Below the pieces are notes generated by a model. It was not told the origin of the DNA. It searched no databases and saw only the letters and a program-made list of their open reading frames with translations. From a virus (Duplodnaviria; Caudoviricetes), in the IMG/VR virus record IMGVR_UViG_3300037245_001879, positions 1 through 62,902 of that record: a stretch of DNA of 62,902 nucleotides. One strand, given 5' to 3'. Of this stretch, positions 48,196 through 58,200 are shown piece after piece. Each line of letters opens with the position of its first letter. The stretch's first letter is position 1. The position numbers and the translations under genes were made by a program.

Positions 48196-50435
48196 GTATT
48201 CTTCATTATAGGTTTATCACTCCACTCATCGCTTACTTTGAGTGCAACAGAGTAAGCTAAAGCTCTATTAATCTCCATTCCTTCTCTTCCATCAATGGAA
48301 CCGTCCTCTTTTTTCCTTTCGAGAACAGATATATCTTCGAATACAGGTAATGGAAGCTCTTTGATATTATTTGTTTCAGCTTTATCCTTTAAGTTCAGGT
48401 AAACTTCCCTGCTTGATGACCGGCTTACTTCAAATCCAAACTCACGCTCACGTTTCTTTCTAATGTTATTCACCGTTAGCCGGGAGTGAAGTTTATCATA
48501 ACCTATATTCCTAATCTCTTGAATAATTATATGTCCAAGGTCATTTCCTTCGTTTTGAGCGTTTCCTGACTCTTTCTTGATACATACAACCAATTTAGCT
48601 TTATCGTACAAATATGATAGTGCTAAGGAACGCTTGGCTATAATTCTTGGATTTACTAAATCATTTTCATACATAGCCGAAATACAATTGCTTAATCTAT
48701 CGTAAACGAGTATACAGGTTGTTCCTCCACGTTCTGCTTCTGACTTCATTACAACTACACAAATGTATCGGTTGTGGTGATATGTACCAGGGTTATCATA
48801 TAATCTCACATCTCCCGAGTCACTTTCTCTGTATTCTACCGACATAGATGTGGTATTACCATTCTTAGACTTGACTTCCTGGGAGGTTATTTCAACCGGT
48901 ATTGAATCGATAACAAGTTTTTCGAGTTTGTTTAAGGCCCATTCTTCTATGAAGGTTGATTCTTTCATATAGTAATGGTTTATGGCATAGCCTGTTACGT
49001 CTAACATTTCATCGTGCGCAGCCCTAGGAAATCCACATATTTGAGTTATGTATTCATCATTCCAACTCCCTTTTAATAATTTCATTCTAAGAGATTCAGC
49101 TTTAGGCTTAATGATATTGTGCCTTGCAACTTTTCCTTCTTGGATAAGTTTTGCTTCAATTTTATTGTTCTGTCCAATGAGAACACAATTAAAATCAGTA
49201 TCGTTTATTATGTATTGGTATAATGAATAACCAGATGCTTTTGGCTCAATAAAAATTCTAGCTTTGTACTTATCAAATATCTTTAAATCAGCTAACTCTT
49301 TAATGAATGCTATTAAATCAGGAAGTGTTTTTCTGACGTTATACGTATCTTTTACTATAAAATTATTGCCATGTCTTGAAGCAATCATTATACCAGTTGG
49401 ATCATTTTCAGTCTTTTCGGTGTAGGCGCCATCTATCCATACATCCCATGATATATTGTCTGAAGGTGTATTCTCAATTATTTCAAACATTGAAGGTTTA
49501 ATATCCTGCTCTTCCAAGTTATAAGGTGATTGCAAGTATTGACATGTATATGGGCCAGATGTCATTTGCGATTTTAATCCATCAAGAACTATTTTAGGTT
49601 TTCTAAGTGGGTCTAAGATACCATCTGTATATATTTCTATCGCTTCAGGTGGTGATACTTCGGAGGCATTAGTAATCTCAGCAGGTAAAGAAATGAGAGT
49701 GTGATTTATATCTTTGTTTAATGTGTATCCAGTAAGATCCTCAGCATGTAAACGTTGAGCAATTATAATATCTAAATAGCATTGTGCGTCTTTATGCCTT
49801 GATGTAAGAGTTTCTTGATCCCATTCGTTTACGTGGACTCTTTCTGTGTCTGATTTGGCTTTTTTAGGATCTTGCATATCATCTTTTATTACAAAATCTG
49901 AATGCATTCCCGTAATTGTTCCATCTACAGAGGTATTAAATCTTTCTCCTTTGAAGTTATTTACCATCTCATTTTGATTTTGAGTGACAATTCTCAAAGG
50001 TTTCTTGTGTTTTATTCTGAATATGTTATCAAATAAGACTCTCCATTTCTCGCTATCTACAATTAATCTAGCTTTCTTTGCGTGTCGTTCAGATAACCTA
50101 GCTGAATAAGATACATTACATGAAGATAAATGTGGAGCATGGAGCCAAATCCATTGCGGAAGAGCTATCGTTACAATAGTAGACTTACTCGCTCCAGGCA
50201 TAATACTTATTATAAGAACTTCCATACTGAATTCTTTCCTAATAACCTTCATTACCTTTTCCTGTATACAATCACACAGGTATTTAATATGAGGTGAGTC
50301 AATTAATTCATCACCTGACATTTCAAACCAGAACGTTTTAAAGAAGAAGTAGAACGACTCTATGCATTTTAAACCAATTTTAGCTGCCTCTATTTCTAAC
50401 TTTTCTTTTTCAGATATGGATTCATTGTTATTCAT
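48174..50435 (-). CDS. terL: Terminase large subunit with extra degenerate nuclease domain
   Basis: ATPase motifs IMPGASKS, SYSARLS, ITG.HSDFVIKDD, IIAQRLH. Nuclease motifs WIDGAY..NDPTG, IE.KASG, FP.AAHDEMLD. About 250 extra aa at the C-terminus. Likely start MNNNES. Confidence 0.92.
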   Translation of the reverse strand: MNNNESISEKEKLEIEAAKIGLKCIESFYFFFKTFWFEMSGDELIDSPHIKYLCDCIQEKVMKVIRKEFSMEVLIISIMPGASKSTIVTIALPQWIWLHAPHLSSCNVSYSARLSERHAKKARLIVDSEKWRVLFDNIFRIKHKKPLRIVTQNQNEMVNNFKGERFNTSVDGTITGMHSDFVIKDDMQDPKKAKSDTERVHVNEWDQETLTSRHKDAQCYLDIIIAQRLHAEDLTGYTLNKDINHTLISLPAEITNASEVSPPEAIEIYTDGILDPLRKPKIVLDGLKSQMTSGPYTCQYLQSPYNLEEQDIKPSMFEIIENTPSDNISWDVWIDGAYTEKTENDPTGIMIASRHGNNFIVKDTYNVRKTLPDLIAFIKELADLKIFDKYKARIFIEPKASGYSLYQYIINDTDFNCVLIGQNNKIEAKLIQEGKVARHNIIKPKAESLRMKLLKGSWNDEYITQICGFPRAAHDEMLDVTGYAINHYYMKESTFIEEWALNKLEKLVIDSIPVEITSQEVKSKNGNTTSMSVEYRESDSGDVRLYDNPGTYHHNRYICVVVMKSEAERGGTTCILVYDRLSNCISAMYENDLVNPRIIAKRSLALSYLYDKAKLVVCIKKESGNAQNEGNDLGHIIIQEIRNIGYDKLHSRLTVNNIRKKREREFGFEVSRSSSREVYLNLKDKAETNNIKELPLPVFEDISVLERKKEDGSIDGREGMEINRALAYSVALKVSDEWSDKPIMKNTQRDKWN

Positions 50436-50601
50436 TAGCAAGTCTCCACTTAAAACCATAAGCGGTTTTTCTTTTCCCTAAGCACACGGCGGATATGCCC
50501 GAATTTTTACGTTTTAATCCTAATGACTGTCCAGCTTCAATCATAGAACCAAAAGTTTTTATTGTCTCATTAGTGTTTTTATCTATTTGATGAACTGGGA
50601 T
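50428..50601 (-). pseudogene. Orphan NUMOD1/IENR1 remnant of a homing endonuclease
   Basis: IPVHQIDKNTNETIKTFGSMIEAG...ISAVCLGKRKTAYGFKW*, with no upstream start or nuclease domain. Confidence 0.75.
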
Positions 50602-50603
50602 AG

Positions 50604-50747
50604 TTATTCTATCTCTATATCGAGTTGCTGAATATCATAACCTGTTCTTTCTGTAAAGCCACGTAATATATCTGAGCGTAATTCGCTTTTATCAAAGTCG
50701 TCTGCATCAGCATTTATTGTAATTGTAATTGTTATTTCTACTTCCAT
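50604..50747 (-). CDS. 47-aa hypothetical protein
   Basis: MEVEITITITINADADDF..., translated by eye. Confidence 0.45.
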   Translation of the reverse strand: MEVEITITITINADADDFDKSELRSDILRGFTERTGYDIQQLDIEIE

Positions 50748-50769
50748 GTCTTTAATCGTTTAGTTTTAA

Positions 50770-51012
50770 TTAATAGAATGGGATTGATCTCCATAATATA
50801 TCTCTTATTTCTGTTTTGTAAAAATACCTTTGTTTATTATGCCCATAAAACCATTTGCCATTTAATTTTACTCTGAACCTTTTACTCCTAAAAGGATAGT
50901 CAGAATCAGGGAATAAATGTTCGTCATAAAGCTGTACTTTTGTAGTAACATTTTTACCTTTTGCCTCCCATTTGAGCAACATAGTTATTCTAGGCTTTCT
51001 TTTCTCACTCAT
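50770..51012 (-). CDS. Hypothetical protein
   Basis: ORF track. Confidence 0.55.
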   Translation of the reverse strand: MSEKRKPRITMLLKWEAKGKNVTTKVQLYDEHLFPDSDYPFRSKRFRVKLNGKWFYGHNKQRYFYKTEIRDILWRSIPFY

Positions 51013-51076
51013 ATTCAGAGTATTATATTTTAGGACTCAGGATCCTAACCGCACAGCTGCTTTTGGAGCCCATAGT

Positions 51077-51298
51077 TTAATGTCTTTCATTATACTTTTC
51101 AAGATACCTAAAAAATTTATCTAACAAATTCCTGGATTTAGCATCAAAATAAAACCAACAAATTTCAATGCCATCATTTTTATCAACATAAACCATGGCT
51201 GCTGCCCTAACTTTGTTTTTCTGACAAAATATTTTAATAGCTTCTAAATCTGTTCCCTCAATATCTTTGGAACTCATTTTTACACCGTCAATTATCAT
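51077..51298 (-). CDS. Hypothetical protein
   Basis: ORF track. Confidence 0.55.
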   Translation of the reverse strand: MIIDGVKMSSKDIEGTDLEAIKIFCQKNKVRAAAMVYVDKNDGIEICWFYFDAKSRNLLDKFFRYLEKYNERH

Positions 51299-51330
51299 AA
51301 GCTTATAAAATGTATTCTACTTTTATGTAC

Positions 51331-51531
51331 TTATTTTTTGTAAAAGCGCAACAACGACTCACAGGCTTCTATTTTCTTTTTAATATCAACCATGAGAAGT
51401 GCAGCATTTTCATTTGTGCCGTGATTAACTGCCAATATCACATAATCATTTTGTAACCCCTCGATTTCCTTAGTTAGTATGTTCCTTAAATTTTTCCGTT
51501 GCTCTAGGGCAAGTTCATCCGTTATTTCCAT
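51331..51531 (-). CDS. Small coiled-coil protein
   Basis: ORF track. Confidence 0.55.
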   Translation of the reverse strand: MEITDELALEQRKNLRNILTKEIEGLQNDYVILAVNHGTNENAALLMVDIKKKIEACESLLRFYKK

Positions 51532-51544
51532 TTGTCTATAAATA

Positions 51545-51895
51545 TTAGTTATTAGTTAAATTAACCCATATTACTGCCCCTCGTGGATGTTTGTAGGGAA
51601 TAGGTTTATCGTAGCGTTTGGCATTCTTCAAAGCCCATGCATACTTCCATTTCCTAAGTAGGCTTAAATCTTTTACTTTATGGTATTCATACATAGTGAA
51701 GTCTTTTGATGGAGATATAGGACCATGACACGTAAAGATTTCAACCTCACCAACTATAAGACCTGTACCTGACTCAATAAGCCCAATCTTACCTCTGACC
51801 TTGGTTCGGGTTGCTCTCATCTCCCAAACCTTTCCTTCATCAAAGATTTTGTCGAGATGTTCTTTCTTTACTATGAGTGCTTTCTTTATTTCCAT
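51545..51895 (-). CDS. ASCH domain protein
   Basis: ALIVK...KIF.EGKVWEMR...RG.I.L....G.IVG....YAW.L...PIPY..PRG..IWV. Confidence 0.88.
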   Translation of the reverse strand: MEIKKALIVKKEHLDKIFDEGKVWEMRATRTKVRGKIGLIESGTGLIVGEVEIFTCHGPISPSKDFTMYEYHKVKDLSLLRKWKYAWALKNAKRYDKPIPYKHPRGAVIWVNLTNN

Positions 51896-51900
51896 AAGGC

Positions 51901-52170
51901 TTAAAAGGTTACTCCACCAAATACATATATAACTAACATAAATAATCCGACACCTGCAAGGATTACTCCAATAGGTAAAAGAACTTCTCTTTTTGTGTCA
52001 GCATGAGCATACTCATACGGGTTTCTAGATATCCAACTCGGATCTAGCTTAATGATATTATTTATAGTTTTCTTTATCCTAACACTCTTTACAATAAAAT
52101 AAATTCCAAACGACAAAAGGAATATAACTGTAAAAAACCAAACTAATTTTCCGAATAATTCTTGTTCCAT
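51901..52170 (-). CDS. Two-TM membrane protein
   Basis: Likely start is MEQELFG at 52170; two hydrophobic segments. Confidence 0.55.
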   Translation of the reverse strand: MEQELFGKLVWFFTVIFLLSFGIYFIVKSVRIKKTINNIIKLDPSWISRNPYEYAHADTKREVLLPIGVILAGVGLFMLVIYVFGGVTF

Positions 52171-52276
52171 AATATCTATAAATAACAAATCCGAATGGAT
52201 CCAGGAGTGCAGTCCCTTCACCATTCGGTTAATATCTTTGTAAGCTTCTGCACAAGCAGGAACAAATCTACAATAT

Positions 52277-55200
52277 TTAATCAATAATGTCAAGCCGACT
52301 GTTAAACATTCTCAACTCAACTCCAAGTTTGTTGTAGTCATTATCTCTGAGTCTAAGCTTCGAGTCTTCAATTAACTGAGTTATTCTATCAGCTTGTAGG
52401 GTCTTACCATCATTTCTTAATCTTGTGGCTTTAGATTTGGCATTAGAATATGATTGTTTCAGTTCTTTTGCTATTCTAGCCTCAAATTTATTCTTAGAGT
52501 CTTTAAGTTCGTTTAACTTATCTCTCACCTCGTATTTTACGGTCTTAGCAACCGTTTCTTCACGGTTAAACGAAGCGTTCCATAACTTCTTAGCATTTGA
52601 AGCAGGAATACCACCCATTTCTAACAATAAGGTGAAAGCTTTCTCAAAATTCTTCTCAGGGTCTTTACCTTGGAATGATTTAATAATAGCTTCACTTATT
52701 TCATCAAGTTCACCTATTACTGGTAATGCATCGTCATAAACATGTAATCCAGTTGTGCGTTTAAGGGTAGTGTTAACAAGATCCCTTACTAAAGGAATAC
52801 CGGCAACCAATGAAGTTAATGATTGAACCACTGTGTTCTTTAATAAATCTTCTTCGGGATCACTACCTCTCATCATTGCTGATATTAAAGCTCCGGCACC
52901 AACATATAAGAATTGATTAGCAACTCCATAAATGGCGTATATCTTACCTAATTGTGCTGCTGAAATATCTCCATGTTTATAAGCTTGATTAGCCTCAAAC
53001 ATCTTCCTCATATACTGTGAAGGAGTATTAGCAAATACAAATAAAGCTTTAGCGAATGGATTCTTAGAGTTCTGGAATGTACTTAAGGTTGAACTAAATG
53101 GTGATTGCTGAGATCGTAATGTATCAAGCATGAATTGTTCAACTGCTTTTTCCTGACTTAATCCTTTCTTTTTCATCAAATAATCGATATATGGCTTACC
53201 ACCATAAACGATCGCGGCTATATCACCAAACCTGGTTCCGCTTGTTGCTATATTCTTAATTGCTTGCTGTGCGTTACTTGCTTTAGGAACATTCGAGGCT
53301 GCTCCCATTGCAAACTGAAGAGCTTCTGAATAGCCACCTTTAAATCTAGTTTTAAGATAAGGCACATTCTCCCACATCCAGTCAAATGTTGCTTTGGGAG
53401 TAGCTAAACCTTTAACAAATCCAGTTCCCCAACTACCAACAGGCATATTTTCAGCGTAGTTAATCATTGATGTTAACTGTTTTAAAGGAACGGATGGAGT
53501 AAAGCCAATCTTTGCAGCTACCCAATTACCAAGAATCTTTCCACCTATTCTTTCTACATCAGTTAAGTCATTTGTTGATGCTCCTAATCCAAGTTTTTTA
53601 AACTGACTCTTTATTGTCCGAAAGAATCGTTCGCCTCTAGCCTGGGTTATGAGTGTTTCAACATTTTTATCTTTGAATACTTTATTAATCCTATCTAATG
53701 GTAACGCCATGTTTTTATACCATTCGCTTTGTTTAACATGTTTATTGAATTTATCAAATGCACTTACTGGCCTAGGTGTTCTGTGCGCAGCCGTTTCTTT
53801 TGTAAATGAAGGCATTGTTCCATTTTCAAAGAACACATCCATTACATCAGTGTCAGATTCGAACTCTGCTGTTGAAGGCCAATAGCTTTCTCTGAAAGGC
53901 ATATCACGATTAAACATCTTAATGAATACGTCATTAGTGGATTCTTTATAAGCTTGCGTTCCTTCCATCATAACGTCAGCAAATACCCTATCAGCATCCT
54001 CGAGGTTGTTTAGTAATTCATTAATAGTCTTTTCTCCATCTTCTCTTTGTTTATTTTCGTCTCTACTTCCATCTTTAGCTAATGTAATATCTCCGTAGGC
54101 CATAAAGTAATCATTAGCCCACTTCTTGTTTTTAATAGCATTATATATATCTATTAATTGGAAAGTAGACATATCCTTTGGATCACCTTCTCCTTCTTCT
54201 CCTTTTCTATTGGGCTGGCGAAGTTTATACTTCTCTTTATTTAGTTCTTGGATATGTTTTAGCATTTGGTTCTTCGTTTTAAAACCATACGCTTTCTGAG
54301 CTGAGTTTAATGCTTTATCGAATGAATCTTGAATACCCATTTCCTGATTAACTTGGTTGATGATTAAAGAAAACTCATCTCTTCCTTTATATCCTGCAAG
54401 TACAGTCATTAATGTTTCCCAATTACCAACTGAGTTAGAAACAAAGTTATTAAGTGCCGCCATTGCACGTTTATGGATTGGCTTATTCTTAAGGTTGTGA
54501 CCACGAACGAAGTTCTTCATAAACTCTTTATCAGCTTTCCGGGATATTGCTTTTTCAACATCAGCTTCGGTTTTTGCTTCCTTGGCCTGTGAATATATCG
54601 CTTCAAGTTCTTCGGCAACCGCCTTGGCTAATGCCGGACTTGCTTTGGAACCTAATCTTCTTAATTCAATAAGTTTCATTATCGCCTCATCCAATGAAGT
54701 TTTATCAGGCTTATCATTGAGTTTGTCCCATTCTTGATCCAGCTTAGTGTTAGCCTTTTGTTTTTTAATGACTAACTCATCTCTTTTTTTAGTTTCCCAA
54801 GAAACAAACTCTTCTTCAGTCATTGAGGAAATAGCTTCTTGCTTTTCTTTTGCAGAAAAAGCATTAGCGTTTAATTGTTTAGTTAATTCTCTTAACTTAT
54901 TGTCAACATCTTTAAGCTCTAGGAATGCTTTGGTATCTTCATAATTGAATTTACCAACTCGTTTAGTGCCTAATTTCTTCAATCCTGTCATCCATTTAAG
55001 CAATCGGTTTACCTTGGCAACATACTTTCTCCTTTGCTGTTTCTCTGTAGTTACTCCTGCAAGTTCATCAATACGATTAAAAGCAGCTTCTACATCTTCC
55101 GGAGTCTGAGTGTTCTTTATTAGTGTTAGTATTGGGCCTATTTCACGGGCTCCTGCTACCGTTAATGGAAGTGCTTTCTTAGCATAATCGGTAATAGCTG

Positions 55201-58200
55201 TCTGAACTTCTTTGATGAGTTCTTTGGCTTCAGCTTTACCACCTTCAACAGCTTCTTTGTAAAGCTCTAATTTATCTTGAAGAAACTTACGTTGTGGGCC
55301 AATGGCTTGAAGTTGTTCTTCTTCCAGTCCCTTGATCTTAGCTGCAGTTTTACTTAAATCCTGAACAGCTTGAAGTTTATTAAGCATTGCTTGAATCTTT
55401 GGGTCTTTGGATGTTACTTGGAATTTAACATCAGACTCAGGAGCAAAAGGCTTCTTAGTATTACCTTTAAACCATTCTTTCAATCCATCCTTGGTAGTTC
55501 TGGTAATAGTTCCTAAACCTTGCCAATCTACATCATAAGCTTCCATGTAAGCGTTTCTAGCTTCTGAAAGGGAATTATACCCCATCATAACTTTGTGCTC
55601 GTCAAATGAGCCATCTTCGTTTACTTGGTCAACAACATAAACCTTATCAGATTCAAGGTTTTCACCCATGAAAGTATCGATGTGGTCTTTATCCTTACCA
55701 ATGGTTCCTTTAAAGTAACCGTAGTCGGCCGGCATAACATTACTCCATTTCTCACCTTCTTGGTTTTCACCTGAACGGATGGATCCGCGTGGATTCTCAA
55801 TGGTGACATCGAAACCGTCAAAGGTTATATGTCCCATTTTGTAGTTCCCGGCTTCCTTTTGTTCTTCGGATGGGTTTGTTTCTACTTTCTCACGTTCTTC
55901 TTCTACTTTAAACTTAACATCCTCTTTAGGCTCTATTAGTATTTGGTCGGGAGAGAAGGCTACGTAATAATCATCAAGTATAATTCCATCATAACCTTGT
56001 TCAATTATTTGTTGGATCATTAACTTGTCGTATTGTTCCCAACCTGCCGGATTATTGATATTAAGCTTGACAGGCATTATGACTTTACTACTTACAGCAC
56101 CTGACACACCAGATTTTATATCATCAATATTTGATGTAAACCAAAACATACCGTCCATGGTTTTATCAGGGTCAAATTCATCAAACATTTCAGCCGTCCC
56201 ATGATATACAGTTTCTTTAACCTTGCTATCCTTAACAAAGTCATCAAGCTCTTCTTGGGTTTCGGCTACTCGGAATAAAACCTTGTTATACTTTTTAAGG
56301 TCGTTTGCATCAATAAAATCAATTATGAGTTCATCAGCCCTTTTTTTTCCGTATTTGGCAACCATTTCATTTCTTTGGTTGACTTGATCTTCGTTTAACT
56401 CAAATAAACCTTCGGAGGTTTCAATTACATTGTCTATTTCGGTTTGACGGAAGCGGATGTCTGGATTATATCTATCAAACGTACCTCTATTATCCTGAGA
56501 TTTAATTTGATTAGGATCAATAGCAATATAAAGGTTTTGATAGTCTTGTGAACCCTCACCAATATCATCGATTACATTAGTAATGATTAAACCATCATAC
56601 TCAGGGAATTCTTTTTCATAACCAGCTTCTTCCAATACATAATCAGTAGCTTCGGATATCATATAATCTTCAACCTCATCACCCTCTTCTAATCCGTACT
56701 CTTCCCTAGCTCTTACTTCTATTTCTTCCTTGTTTTCTTCAACCGTATCTTCATCCCACTCTATATCTTCAAATAATAAGTCAGGCATACCTTCACCTTT
56801 TTTGGTAATAAACCCTAACATTTCTTGGATATTAAATTCTGTTTCAAGTTCACGTAATCCTTGGTGTTTTGCATCTACAACATATGGATTATCAAAGCGA
56901 ACAAAACCTTCAACAATATTTAAATTTTCGCTGGCTAATTCTTCTACCCAATTATAAACATCACCTTCAGATTCATGTTGCTCAACTTCCTCTTCTGTTG
57001 CTAAACCTTCATCAATTAGTCCTTCTGGATAGTCTTGAAAACGCCTTTTAATGGATTCTCTGCTATAATCATCTGCAACATCACGTTCATTAGAAAAATA
57101 AAATGCCCCAAATTCGTTATCTGCGGTTGTATCACCTCCGTAATTCTCATCAAATTTATTGATAGGAGCATAACCTCCATGGTAAGCCTCAACAACCACA
57201 GGACTACCGGTTTTAAAGTCGAAGCCACTAGATTCTTTTGAAGAAATAAAAGGTGCGTTATTTGACCATTGCTTAAAGTTTTCACTTTGAACCATTTCTT
57301 CCTGACTAATCAATTCACCTTCATCAGTCTTAAACTTTACTCGCTCCGCTTCACCGGCCTCTGCCACGGCTTCCTCTTGCTGTTGAATATCCTCGCGGCC
57401 TTTCTCATCGACTGCTTCCTTGACATCCCTTGTTTCAGGAATTCGTCCCTCATTTTCTCGTATGATTTCGGCATCTTGTTTCTGTTTAATGATTAAGTCT
57501 CTGTGATCGCGTAGTAATTGTCTGAATTCAGCCTTGGTAAACTGTTTAGAAGTGAATCCAAATCCTGTTAACTTTCTAAAGAAATTATAAATCTTATCCA
57601 TGAATACCTGAAGTCTTGGAGACTCAGTTTCATTTAGGGTAGCCATTGCTTCTTCAGCAAGTTCACGTTTTTGTGAATCGGTTAGTTGGTCTAAAGAAAT
57701 ACCCTTGGCGTAAGTTTTAGCCCTATCAGTAATTGTATCTTCATCCATGCGGGAATAAACCTCATCCAGAAGTGCATTTTTATTCTTAAAAGTTTTCCCT
57801 AATATTTTTACCGGTCCTGTATTGAATAAAACCTCTAATCCATTATGAAGAACAGCTTCATGCATGTAAGTTTTCTTAATCTCTGCAATACCTACTGTTT
57901 TGGCAATATCCGAAATAATATAAGCCTGTTTGGTTACATCATCATAATATCCTGCTGGTAAGATGCCTTTCTTTTTAGCAGATCTTTTAACGTAATCCGG
58001 TACTTCTTTAGAATTAATGATCTGAACAGGTATACCGAATGTTTCTTGAAGTTTTTGAAGTGTTGGAGCAATTCTTGTCTTAGAAATTAAATCCTCTCTG
58101 GCTTTATCAGTTATTCCAACTACTTCCGGTGCTGCTCTGAATGGCACCTTAGCTAATTGTTCCTCGGTTACTGTTGTTGGTGTTTTATGTTTATGAATAG

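Noticed and set aside
51030-51075. GC-richer intergenic stretch as a tRNA/ncRNA
   Set aside because: No cloverleaf, T-loop or convincing stem could be drawn.
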